DNA of 64,000 bases from Armatimonadota bacterium. GTDB lineage: Bacteria; Armatimonadota; SYMT01. Of this stretch, positions 1 through 10,879 are shown in pieces. The position numbers were made by a program, and so were the translations under genes. Numbering within the stretch: the stretch's first letter is position 1; each line of letters begins with the position of its first letter. The notes under the pieces are model-generated. The model did not search any database. It saw nothing but the letters and a program-made list of their open reading frames with translations, and was not told where the DNA came from. Where the stretch lies: assembly GCA_046292385.1 (NCBI GenBank), contig JBKBRF010000014.1:56234-120233 (forward strand), in the 5' to 3' direction.

Positions 1-1342
1 CCGCCGCCCACGTGGCGCTGCTCGTGACGAGGTTCGGGCCGAGGTTGAACATCGGAATCAGGGCACTCCAGGCGAGGGTCAGTAGGGCGGCCTGCGCCCC
101 CTGGCGGAGGAGCGGAACGCGGCTGCGGAGCTGTCGCCTCACCTGCAGGGTGATGAGCGGGTTGTCCTCGCGCGCTGCCGCGGTGTCGAGCCACCGCTCC
201 AGGGCGTCCCGCGGGCGGTTCGGGCGGACCACCCGACCCGTCTCCTCCGCGCGGGGGCGGTGCTTCCGGATGCGCGTGGAGCGCCAACCGGCGAGTCCGC
301 CGATCCAGAGGAGCAGGGCAAAGGCCAGTACGCTCCCGCCGACCGCGTGGAGCGGCAGCCAGAAGAAGCCGAGCAGCACGATGCCCGTCACCGCGCCCAG
401 CACTGCCGCGGACGGAGAGCGGTCTCCGTCCCGCGTCCCCTCGGCCACGGCATCCGGGGCGGCGTCCCACATCTCGGACGCTTCTCGCCACCGCACCACC
501 AGGTAGACCAGTCCGGCGAGCCCGACCGGTACCAGCGGGGGCACGACGACGGTGAAGAAGGGGCGGGGCACCCAGAGGAGCCGGAGCAGAACCACTGGCG
601 CGGTAAGCGGCCCTCCCCGGAGCAGCACCGGATCGATCCCCCCGGCCCAGGCCGCCGCGAGCAGGCGCCCGAGCCACACTCCCACGGGCTGCAGCCAGTT
701 CTGCACGGTGCCCGAGGTAAGGAGCATCCCCAGCGCCAGCTGAACCACGATCATTCGCAAGGACGACCACCCGAAGCAGCCATCCCTCCTGGCCGGTTGC
801 CGGTCGACCTTCGCCTGCAGGTGCTGGAATGCGCTGCGGACCTCCAGCGGCGTGGGCGGCCGGAAGAGCAGCGCCAGCATCACCAGTTGGGCCGTGAGGA
901 GGTCCTGCGGCTTCGGGCCGCCGAGGGCGAGGGCCACGACGTAGATCGGCAGCGGCACCACCGCCGCCAGCAGACCGAGCGCGGCCCGCTCGATCCCGAT
1001 CAGCCCGAGAATCCGGCGCCCGTTCCGGGGGAGCAGCAGCCACGAGGTGAGCCGGCCGGTCACCGCCTCCGAGAAGAGGGAGATGCCGCTGGAGCGAGAC
1101 CAGAGCACCGCGATCCACTGGGCGGCGACGACCGCTCCCAGCAGCGTGTATCCGGCGGCGCCCGGCAAGAGCGGCCGCCGGATGCTCCACCCGTAGAAGG
1201 CGATCAATCCCAGCGCCAGCCCTACGGGGGACGCGGAGATCAGGAGGGCGCGCCGGAGCGTGCGGCGCCGCACCCACCGCAGCAGCGTCAGGCGGAGGAA
1301 CGGATTATCGGCGAGCCATTCCTGCCACGGGCGGGAGATCAC
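1..1342 (-). CDS. Polytopic membrane protein, ABC-2-type permease-like (3'-partial, runs off window start)
   Basis: Not in the ORF track because there is no stop in the window. Manual translation from GTG 1342 gives MISRPWQEWLADNPFLRLTLLRW..., with many hydrophobic segments and a second DNPLITLQVRR motif near 170. NP-x-L-x-R/E starts are typical of ABC-2-type permease domains. Confidence 0.6.
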   Translation of the reverse strand, partial: MISRPWQEWLADNPFLRLTLLRWVRRRTLRRALLISASPVGLALGLIAFYGWSIRRPLLPGAAGYTLLGAVVAAQWIAVLWSRSSGISLFSEAVTGRLTSWLLLPRNGRRILGLIGIERAALGLLAAVVPLPIYVVALALGGPKPQDLLTAQLVMLALLFRPPTPLEVRSAFQHLQAKVDRQPARRDGCFGWSSLRMIVVQLALGMLLTSGTVQNWLQPVGVWLGRLLAAAWAGGIDPVLLRGGPLTAPVVLLRLLWVPRPFFTVVVPPLVPVGLAGLVYLVVRWREASEMWDAAPDAVAEGTRDGDRSPSAAVLGAVTGIVLLGFFWLPLHAVGGSVLAFALLLWIGGLAGWRSTRIRKHRPRAEETGRVVRPNRPRDALERWLDTAAAREDNPLITLQVRRQLRSRVPLLRQGAQAALLTLAWSALIPMFNLGPNLVTSSATWAA

Positions 1343-1424
1343 GACGTTTCTTCTGATCTGCGGGAGTGGGAGCAAGGGGGAGTGGGAGAGCCGCTCCCTC
1401 GTGGCTGTTAACGGGTTTCCGTTG

Positions 1425-1496
1425 GGCAGGCTCCAGGTTCCGAATCCCACCCACCGGGCAGTTCAACCTGCAACCTGCAACGTGCTAACTTGGAAC
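1425..1496. repeat. Intergenic CAGGTT/CAACCTG 7-8 nt repeat cluster with inverted halves
   Basis: caggctccaggttc ... caacctgcaacctgcaacgtgctaacttg; same family as 2603-2690. Confidence 0.6.
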
Positions 1497-1553
1497 AGAC
1501 GTCGCCCACTCTCCCTTGCCAAATCCGCCCCTCCATCCCGGACCGACGGAGTA

Positions 1554-2078
1554 CTACGTCCCCGGGACCGGTTTTCCCTCGTGGTCGAAGAGCTGGATCG
1601 CGCCGCCCGCGAAGCCGGAGGAGAGCAGCAGGCCCGGCTTCCCCTCGCCGTTCTGCACGCTCATCACGCTGCTGCCGGCACCGGTGGAGAGGAGGATCCG
1701 GCCGTCGTCGACCCCGCTCGTGAGGCCGCAGACGCCGCTGTCGCCGGAGGCGAGCAGCGCCGCGACCATCTTGCCGCCGCGGTTGTAGACGCGGACGCGG
1801 CCGCCGTCCGCGCTGGCGGTGAGCCCGGAGAGCATCGTGCCGTCTGCGTCGTAGAGGTCCATCCCGCCGCCGGCTGCGTCCGCGAAGAGGACCGCCACCG
1901 GGCGGCCGTCGCGGTTGTAGAGGCGCAGGCACGGGATGTTCTCCACGATGCCGACGTCGAGCAGGGTCTCGCCTCCGGGGCCGGTCACGCGCAGCGGCGC
2001 CGGGATCTCCCCCCGCTCCGCCTCCAGCTCCGCCACCCGCCGCTCCAGGCGCTCGATCCGCTCCAGCAGCTCTTCCAC
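1554..2078 (-). CDS. Hypothetical protein (N-terminal coiled coil plus repeated beta-strand motifs)
   Basis: GTG start after GAGAGG; MEELLERIERLERRVAELE followed by repeated (L/M)xLY(N/D)xxG motifs; host-like codon usage. Confidence 0.7.
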   Translation of the reverse strand: MEELLERIERLERRVAELEAERGEIPAPLRVTGPGGETLLDVGIVENIPCLRLYNRDGRPVAVLFADAAGGGMDLYDADGTMLSGLTASADGGRVRVYNRGGKMVAALLASGDSGVCGLTSGVDDGRILLSTGAGSSVMSVQNGEGKPGLLLSSGFAGGAIQLFDHEGKPVPGT

Positions 2079-2261
2079 GGCCTCTCCTTCCGGACCCCTA
2101 CGCGATTGGACCCATGGAACCTTAACGCAGGGGAGCGGTTCGGGTTGCGGAAGATTGGAGAGCGGGTGAGCTGCTCCCACGGGGTAGTTCACAGCGCGGC
2201 TGATGCCGCAACCAATCTCAAGGCGGCGGGGGAATGCTTGGTAAGACGAGATCAGCATCTC

Positions 2262-2500
2262 TCCGAGGATCCACCCCGCGCCCTCCCCGCGCGGAGCGGC
2301 CCTCCCGCGTGGGGGGCCCTCCGCGGCCCTTTCACGCTCCGGCTTCGCCTCCGCTAGCGGGCGCTGCGGGCGTGCTCCCTGGCGCGCTGCGTTCCGCGTC
2401 CGAAGGCGGCACCTGCAGCGGGAAGACGGTTCACGGGCCGCTCCGCGCGGCTCAAGCGACCACCCCTACCGCCCGCAAGCGGGCACCCGGGTAGTCACAG
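2262..2500 (+). repeat. Diverged copy of the ~250-bp dispersed element also found at 48150-48418 and 48631-48886
   Basis: Shared blocks in the same order: gccctcccgcg, ggccctccgcgg, tttcacgctcc, ctccgctagc, agcgacc...gtcaca. Confidence 0.75.
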
Positions 2501-2602
2501 GTGAAACCCTCCAGCCCTGCCTCCGGCAGCGCTTCCGGGCTCCTTCGGAGCACTCCCCGCGCAGAAGCTGCACGTCCCGACAAGATTCTCACTGCGAGTA
2601 GT

Positions 2603-2690
2603 GCAGGTTCCAGGTTTCAGGTTTGCAGGTTCAGAACCCCGCCTCGCGGAGGGCTAACTTGCAACCTGCCAACCTGCCAACCTGCAACCA
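2603..2690. repeat. Intergenic CAGGTT/CAACCTG repeat cluster with inverted halves
   Basis: gcaggttccaggtttcaggtttgcaggttc ... aacttgcaacctgccaacctgccaacctgcaacc, downstream of the ABC permease stop. Confidence 0.7.
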
Positions 2691-2721
2691 ACTTCCCCCA
2701 TTCACCCGCTCTTCCCGCGCA

Positions 2722-3792
2722 TCACGCCTTGCGGGCGGCGCCGCCGAGCCAGCGGCCGAGGAGGTTCATCTGGCGCACCTGGTTGAAGACCACCGCCGCC
2801 AGGAGGACGCCGCCGACCACCATTCCGCGCCAGAAGGTGGGGTTGTCCAGCGTCAGGTTGATGATGTTCAGGATCCACTCCAGCAGCATCACGCCGAGGA
2901 GGGTGCCGATCACGCTGCCGCGGCCGCCGGTGAGCGCCGCGCCGCCGATGACGGCCGCGCTGATGGCGTTCAGCTCGAACATCACGCCGGCACTCGGGTC
3001 GCCCTGGCCGCCGTAGCCGGCGTAGAGGATGCCCGCCACGCCGCCGAAGAGGCTGCAGGCACCGTAGGCGAAGAGCCGGACCTTGAAGACGCTGACGCCG
3101 GAGAGGCGGGAGGCTTCTTCGTTGCTGCCGACGGAGTAGACGTGCCGCCCCACCTGCGTCAGGTGGAGGGTCAGCATCATCGCGCCGGCCAGGACCACCA
3201 GGAGCAGGGTGGAGACCGGGATCCCGAAGCCGGTGCCGGCGAGCCAGATCTTCTGGTTACCCAGGAACGAGATGAACGGGAAGCGCTCGATCGGGAGCGG
3301 CAGCGCGTTGTTCAGCAGGAGGGCGCCGCTGCGCAGCATCGACATGGAAGCGAGCGTCACCACGAACGACGGCAGCTTGAGGAACTGGATCAGCGCGGCG
3401 TGGATCACCCCGAGCAGCAGCGAGGCGCCGAGCACCACCAGGATCCCCACGCCCATCGCCGCCGGGACGCTCACGCCGCCGTCCGCGAGCCGGGACATGA
3501 CGACGGCGAGCAGCATGCCGGCGAACGCGACCAGGGAGCCGATACTGAGGTCGATCCCGCCGGTGATGATCACCACCAGCACGCCGACGGCGAGGAACGA
3601 CTGCAGGCTGATCGTGCGCGTCAGACTGTCCCGGTTGAACTCGTTCGTGAACATGCCGAACCGCCCGGTCGCCGCCATGTAGATCAACAGCGCGACGAGG
3701 ACGATCAGCACGCTCGTCTCCGGCGCGGCGAACCAGCGGCGCAGGGCAGAGGTGGTCGGCTTGGTGTCGGAAAGCGTGGCCCCGTGGCTCAA
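2722..3792 (-). CDS. Sugar ABC transporter permease (RbsC/BPD_transp_2 family)
   Basis: GGIDLSIGS, GRHVYSVGSNEEASRLSGV and ELNAISAAVIGG motifs. Confidence 0.93.
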   Translation of the reverse strand: MSHGATLSDTKPTTSALRRWFAAPETSVLIVLVALLIYMAATGRFGMFTNEFNRDSLTRTISLQSFLAVGVLVVIITGGIDLSIGSLVAFAGMLLAVVMSRLADGGVSVPAAMGVGILVVLGASLLLGVIHAALIQFLKLPSFVVTLASMSMLRSGALLLNNALPLPIERFPFISFLGNQKIWLAGTGFGIPVSTLLLVVLAGAMMLTLHLTQVGRHVYSVGSNEEASRLSGVSVFKVRLFAYGACSLFGGVAGILYAGYGGQGDPSAGVMFELNAISAAVIGGAALTGGRGSVIGTLLGVMLLEWILNIINLTLDNPTFWRGMVVGGVLLAAVVFNQVRQMNLLGRWLGGAARKA

Positions 3793-3897
3793 CGGTCTAC
3801 TCCTTGGGGGTTGGTTGGGCGGGATCGGTGGGGAAATGGGAGAGGCGGCTCCGGCCGGAGCCGCCTCTCGGGACGGGTCGATGACAGCGGTCGGAGA

Positions 3898-5022
3898 TCA
3901 GGAAGACTTGATCCCCATCTTCGCCAGCTTATCGCGGTACTCCTTGACGTTGGCGGGGGTGATCGTCTCCACGCCGGTGTCATACAGCAGCGAGTCCGGG
4001 ATGTTCATCTCCTTCTTCGCCTCGCTGAAGCCCTTTCGGTTGATCAGCGTGAGCAGCTTGACGGAGAGATAGCCGAAGTCGTACGGCTTCTGCACGATGG
4101 TGGCGTCGATCAGCCCCTTGTCGAGCGCCTGGAGGGTCTGCGGCTCGGCGTCGAAGGCGACCACCTTGTACTGGCTCTTGCGGTTGCCGACCGCCTGCAC
4201 GATCGCCGGGCCGTTGTAGCTGTAGAGACCGAGGAGACCGTCGACATCCGGGTACTTCTGCAGCGCGTTTTCCACGTTGGAGCGCGCGCGGGCCGGGTCC
4301 TTGTCGTCCCCGATCACTTCCTTGAGGGTGATGCCGGCTTCCTTGGCGGTCTTCTCGAAGCCCTCCTGCCGCTCGCGAGCGTTCTCCGCGGAGATGTTGC
4401 CGACGAACCCGAGGAACTCGCCGCCGTTCGGGAGCAGCTCCGCCGCCGCGCGGCCCGCCGCCTCACCCGCGGTGACGTTGTTGGTGCCGATGTAGGCGAG
4501 CCGGCGGGAGCCGGTGGAATCCGAGTCGAAGGTGACGAGCGGCACGCCCTTGCTGATCACCATGTCGATCATCTCCTTCGAGGCGTCGCCTTCGATGCAG
4601 GAGAGGGCGATACCGTCCGGATTGGTGGCGAGCGCCTCCTCCAGCATCTTCTTCTGGTTCGCCACGTTGGCCGGGTCCGGGCCGCGCCACGACGCCTCGA
4701 CCCCCAGCTCCTCGGCCGCGTCCTTCATGCCGACCGCCATCGGGTCCCAGAACGGGGAGATGCCGTTGGTGACGATCACGAACTTGAGCGGGCCTTCCGG
4801 CTTGCGGGGAGTCTCGAACTCGGCCGTCGCCGGAGTGCCGGTGGCGCCGCCGCCGTTCTCGCCCGTGGAGGCGACCGGCGCGGCGTTGCCGCCGCCGTTG
4901 CCGGTGGAAGGCGGCTCAGTGGTGCAGGAGGCGAGCAGCACGCTGAGCGGCAGCAGCGCGCCCGCCAGCAGCCACGCTGGGCGCCGGCCGCGCGCGGGCC
5001 GCGGGGAGAGAGAAATCGACAT
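3898..5022 (-). CDS. Sugar ABC transporter substrate-binding lipoprotein (RbsB/Peripla_BP_4 family)
   Basis: RBS GGAGG before ATG 5022; lipobox LLASC; FW..M..G, GVPLVTFDSD, YIGTNN and QKPYDFGY motifs. Confidence 0.92.
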   Translation of the reverse strand: MSISLSPRPARGRRPAWLLAGALLPLSVLLASCTTEPPSTGNGGGNAAPVASTGENGGGATGTPATAEFETPRKPEGPLKFVIVTNGISPFWDPMAVGMKDAAEELGVEASWRGPDPANVANQKKMLEEALATNPDGIALSCIEGDASKEMIDMVISKGVPLVTFDSDSTGSRRLAYIGTNNVTAGEAAGRAAAELLPNGGEFLGFVGNISAENARERQEGFEKTAKEAGITLKEVIGDDKDPARARSNVENALQKYPDVDGLLGLYSYNGPAIVQAVGNRKSQYKVVAFDAEPQTLQALDKGLIDATIVQKPYDFGYLSVKLLTLINRKGFSEAKKEMNIPDSLLYDTGVETITPANVKEYRDKLAKMGIKSS

Positions 5023-5190
5023 CGAAGAATCCTCCGAGATGGACACACGGGAACCGCCGGAGCTGCGGCGCTCCGGCGGCGGTATCTACCTAATTTGCGG
5101 GCGCCCGCGGCACATTCCTGCGCCAGCCGCCTTCGCCGAGGGCAGCCGATCCCCTGGGAAGAACGGAGCACAGGCGGTCAGGGGCGCAGT

Positions 5191-5481
5191 GCGTATCGCG
5201 TATTCCGTAGCGAGCGCGGGCCTGTCTTGGCGCGCATCGTGCCGGACGAAGGCCTGCAGAGAAGCATATCACCCGGCACGATACCGAAGTGAACAGAGTA
5301 AGGCTCTGCGCTGGAGGCAGGCGGCTTGTTGCATATTCCGTATCTCGTATCGCGTAGCGGGTCGCCGGCCCCGATTTCCGTAAGGTCGTGCCGGGCGGAG
5401 TGGCTGCAACGCGTTCCGCCCGGCAGGATCCGCTGCAGAGCGGTATAGGGCTACCGCTACGCAATACGGAATACGCAATAC
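5191..5481. repeat. Cluster of three ~65-bp CCGGCA(C/G)GAY...TACGCAATACGGAATACG elements (two reverse, one forward)
   Basis: 5191-5245 and 5331-5397 in reverse orientation, 5417-5481 forward; the same motif pair recurs at 16740-16807 and 59657-59817. Confidence 0.7.
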
Positions 5482-5492
5482 TCGACAGCCGT

Positions 5493-7313
<1,821 letters not shown>

Positions 7314-7643
7314 CGCTTCTCACTCCTCCGGTCGCCCGCCCCGAACGACCCTACGCTTGATTAACTGGTAACCACAAGACTGTTGGTGGTCGAAGGCCCC
7401 GCCTCCGGTTCGGTGCAGCGCTCCCAATCATACCGCGGTTCCACCGAAATCCCCGGCCGATTCTCGACGACCGAGGCTCACACTATCTATATGCCGCACG
7501 GTACGTTTCCTAATCACTGCGGCGGACGGAAGTTAGTAAGGAGAGCGCTCCCTCTGCAGGCGCCCCCTCTGCAGTCGCCCGAGGAACGACCGGCCGTCGA
7601 GGCGAACGCTCTCCGGCAGACGCAGTTCCATTGGGAGAGAGGC

Positions 7644-8375
7644 ATGAGCAGGCTCGAGGGGAAGACGGCAGTCGTGACCGGCGGCAACCGGGGGATCGGG
7701 GCGGCGATCGCGCGGGCGATGGCAAAGGAAGGCGCCTCCGTGGTGGTGGCGGCGCGAGACGCCGCGCGGCTGGAGGAGGTCGCCGCCGGCATCGCGGCAG
7801 AGGGCGGCGCGGCGCTGGCGGTGCCGACCGACGTGACCGACGAGGCGCAGGTGGAGGCGCTCTTCCGCCAGGCGGTGGAGCGGTTCGGGAAGGTCGACAT
7901 CCTGGTCAACAACGCCGGCGCCTTCGACGGCGGCCCGCTGGAGGAGCTCTCCCTGGAGACCTGGGAGAAGGTGATGGCGGTCAACCTGCGCGGCCCGTTC
8001 CTCTGCACCCGCGCCGCCTTCCGGCTGATGAAGGAGCAGGGCGGCGGCCGCATCATCAACATCGCCAGCATCTCCGCCCAGCGGGTGCGCCCCCACTCCG
8101 CCCCCTACAGCACCAGCAAGCACGGTCTCTGGGGCCTCACGCAGGTCACCGCCCTGGAAGGCCGCCCGTACGGCATCGCCGCGAGCTGCCTCCACCCCGG
8201 CAACACCCTGAACGAGCGCCGCGCCCAGCGCGCCACGGAGCAGGACGAAGAGCCGATGATGAGCTGCGAGGAGCTGGCCGAGACCGCCCTGCTGATGGCT
8301 TCGCTGCCGCCCCACGTGAACATGCTGGAAGCGATTGTACTGCCGGTGGAGCAGCTCTACGTCGGGCGTGGCTAG
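7644..8375 (+). CDS. Short-chain dehydrogenase/reductase (SDR)
   Basis: RBS GGAGAGG before ATG 7644; TGGNRGIG, NNAG and catalytic YSTSK. Confidence 0.95.
   Translation: MSRLEGKTAVVTGGNRGIGAAIARAMAKEGASVVVAARDAARLEEVAAGIAAEGGAALAVPTDVTDEAQVEALFRQAVERFGKVDILVNNAGAFDGGPLEELSLETWEKVMAVNLRGPFLCTRAAFRLMKEQGGGRIINIASISAQRVRPHSAPYSTSKHGLWGLTQVTALEGRPYGIAASCLHPGNTLNERRAQRATEQDEEPMMSCEELAETALLMASLPPHVNMLEAIVLPVEQLYVGRG
8181..8375 (+). repeat. Left copy of a 195-bp imperfect direct repeat (SDR 3' end) flanking the island
   Basis: Aligns without gaps to 13926-14120; differences are mostly at third codon positions. Confidence 0.92.
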
Positions 8376-8547
8376 CGGGTTCCACAGTCGACACCGCATG
8401 TCAGGCAACGGGATCTAAACAGAGGTCCAGATTCAGAGTTGCCGTCAACGGGCACAGCGGTGTTCTTGATTGATGGCTCGTGTCCGGCCGGAGCAGATTA
8501 CCGGGCCACGCAGTGTAGCTGGCTGTTGACGAGAATGAGCAGGGGAA

Positions 8548-9903
8548 ATGTCGGGGCAGGGTAAAGTTCACACTTCGGAAGACGAAACCGCACGAGGAAC
8601 GCTGGTTACGAAGTCGTCGGAAGCGCTCGAGCAAATGCTGAGAGACTATCAAGTGAGCCAGCGTCCACTTGAGGTGAATTTCAGGACCCTCGTGGGAGCG
8701 ATACCGATACATGATCTTACCCATTCAATTTGCCCCTATCCCGCGCGCCTTCTCCGCCAGATCCCTCGCTTCTTTCTCCATTGCGAGCAACTTTCGACGC
8801 GGGATACGGTCGTGGTCGATCCATTTTGCGGTTCAGGCACGGTGCTAGTGGAGGCGGTAGCGGCCGGCAAACAGGCTTGGGGCATAGACAAGAACCCTTT
8901 CGCTCGTCTGCTTTCGCAGGTGAAAACCACCCATGTAGATTGCCAAGCGGCAAATGCCGCGGCGTTAGCGGTGCTCGAAAGGGCGAAAAGGAGCCGAACG
9001 GTTGTAGAACCGGAAATAGTTAATGCTGAACTCTGGTTTGCACCCAAGGTTAGGAGCGCTCTGCGGCGAATAAAAGGAGCGATCAGCGATTCGAAGCTCC
9101 CAATCGAAATAGAGAGATACCTACTCGTCTGTTTAGCCGTTACCGCCGATAAGTGTAGTTTACGTGATCGGCGCATCCCCGTACCCGTTCGTCGTAGCGA
9201 CTGGCAGCAGTTCTCAGTGAAGCAAGACTCCCGAACCGTATGGATGAGTTTTGAAGCTGTAGCACATGCAGTCGCCGCTCGGATAAGCGGATTGCCAAAG
9301 TCCACCGGAGCCGCATTCGTATATGGGGATGACGCACTCAACGTAGATGAATTCTATGACGCTTCGATGTCAGGAATAATTCAAAGACCGAGTTTGCTCG
9401 TCACAAGTCCGCCCTACGGGGCGGCGCAAAAGTACATCCGAAGCAGCAGCCTCGCTATCGGGTGGACTGGACTGGCAAGCCCGAAGGGCCTAACGCAGCT
9501 CGAAAGAGAACTCATCGGAAGAGAACATTTAAGAAAGCCCGATTTGGAGATGCTGCAATCTCCATCTCCGCTGATTGACCATGAAATCAGATGCATCTTC
9601 AAGAGAGATCCTCAGCGGGCGGCGATATATGCGGAGTACTTCAGAGCCATGGATAAGGCGATAGCAGCCTTCGGAAGACTCCTGCAGCCGGGAGCATTCT
9701 CGGTAGTCATAGCAGGAACCAATATAGTTGCTGGCAGGATGATTGAGACACACAGATTCCTACGAGATCTTTCGGTGAATCACGGATTCTCGCCAGTGCT
9801 AGAACTGAGAGACACAATTCGGGGTAGGACTCTGCTGACTAAGCGCGCATCTACTGCGAGACCGCTGTCACACGAAACCATCCATGTTCTCCAGAGGAGG
9901 TAA
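8548..9903 (+). CDS. DNA amino-methyltransferase (probably N4-cytosine; motif I precedes motif IV)
   Basis: HSICPYPARL N-terminal motif, SAM-binding VDPFCGSGTV and catalytic VTSPPY. Confidence 0.88.
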   Translation: MSGQGKVHTSEDETARGTLVTKSSEALEQMLRDYQVSQRPLEVNFRTLVGAIPIHDLTHSICPYPARLLRQIPRFFLHCEQLSTRDTVVVDPFCGSGTVLVEAVAAGKQAWGIDKNPFARLLSQVKTTHVDCQAANAAALAVLERAKRSRTVVEPEIVNAELWFAPKVRSALRRIKGAISDSKLPIEIERYLLVCLAVTADKCSLRDRRIPVPVRRSDWQQFSVKQDSRTVWMSFEAVAHAVAARISGLPKSTGAAFVYGDDALNVDEFYDASMSGIIQRPSLLVTSPPYGAAQKYIRSSSLAIGWTGLASPKGLTQLERELIGREHLRKPDLEMLQSPSPLIDHEIRCIFKRDPQRAAIYAEYFRAMDKAIAAFGRLLQPGAFSVVIAGTNIVAGRMIETHRFLRDLSVNHGFSPVLELRDTIRGRTLLTKRASTARPLSHETIHVLQRR

Positions 9904-9908
9904 AGTGC

Positions 9909-10871
9909 ATGGGCAGTGATACCGAGGAAGAATTGATCCGTCGGATCAAGACTTTGTCCGAGCAAGTCTGGGAAGGCAGGTGCAAATCTCCAGATATGGG
10001 TGAGTGGCTACGGAACTTTACCGGCCGCCATTGCGGAAGTGCCGAGGTTGAGCATCTCCACGCGTTGCACCTACTCGCTCATGTCTCATACTTCGGGCTC
10101 AGAGAATTGCGGATTCTACTGCGCGCGATGTATCGCGAACTATTCCGCTATCCAATCGTACAGCAGATTCGATCCGATCTTGGAGGAAGCCGTGACGCGG
10201 CCTCAATTCATCGCGTTTACTCCGATGAACTGAAGTCGACACGTTTTGTGGGTATGGGGAACCCGGCCGAGAGTGGCACGCATTTGCTCTACTACTTCAG
10301 GCAGGAGAACCAGCTTCCTCGAAAGTGCTTCGCCAGCCAACACGAACTCCTCAACGCTGGTATCACAGATGCTAAAGTAGACTTTTCCGACCCCGGTCTC
10401 AAACGAGTAGTATTCATTGACGACTTGTGTGGGAGTGGAGATCAAGCGGTGCGGTATAGCAGAACCCTGTTGAAAGATCTGCGTACTATCGCAGTAAGGC
10501 GTGGCCGGGAATTACAGTTTCAATACTTGGTACTCTTCGGGGCGGTCCCGGGTCTGGAGCGTGCGGCGACTTCAACCGAATTTGACATCGTGAAGGCGGT
10601 AAATGAACTAGATGAGTCTTGCCAAGTATATGCCACCAACTCGCGGCTGTTTCGGAAACCCCCTCCCGGGATAGACGCGGCGCTGTCGCACGAACTGGCA
10701 TCCGGCTACGGTGAGGAGTTGTGGCCGGAACATCCGCTAGGGTTTTCGAACGGACAATTACTGTTGGCCTTTCATCATAACGTGCCGGACAACTCGTTGC
10801 CAATTCTCTGGCACGATGATGAGACGCCACCGTGGAACCCGATTTTTCCTCGACAACCCAAGCTAGACTGA
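9909..10871 (+). CDS. Phosphoribosyltransferase-fold protein of the conflict-system type (PRTase-CE-like)
   Basis: PRPP-loop-like VVFIDDLCGSGDQA, upstream ESG motif, and C-terminal PLGF...FHHNVPDNSLPILW...WNPIFPR. Confidence 0.78.
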   Translation: MGSDTEEELIRRIKTLSEQVWEGRCKSPDMGEWLRNFTGRHCGSAEVEHLHALHLLAHVSYFGLRELRILLRAMYRELFRYPIVQQIRSDLGGSRDAASIHRVYSDELKSTRFVGMGNPAESGTHLLYYFRQENQLPRKCFASQHELLNAGITDAKVDFSDPGLKRVVFIDDLCGSGDQAVRYSRTLLKDLRTIAVRRGRELQFQYLVLFGAVPGLERAATSTEFDIVKAVNELDESCQVYATNSRLFRKPPPGIDAALSHELASGYGEELWPEHPLGFSNGQLLLAFHHNVPDNSLPILWHDDETPPWNPIFPRQPKLD

Positions 10872-10879
10872 GGTGCTAG

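Noticed and set aside
7314..7640. glmS ribozyme upstream of glmS
   Set aside because: The minus-strand leader lacks the recognisable core (AGCGCC ... GACGAGG) in the right arrangement; an Rfam cmsearch would settle it.
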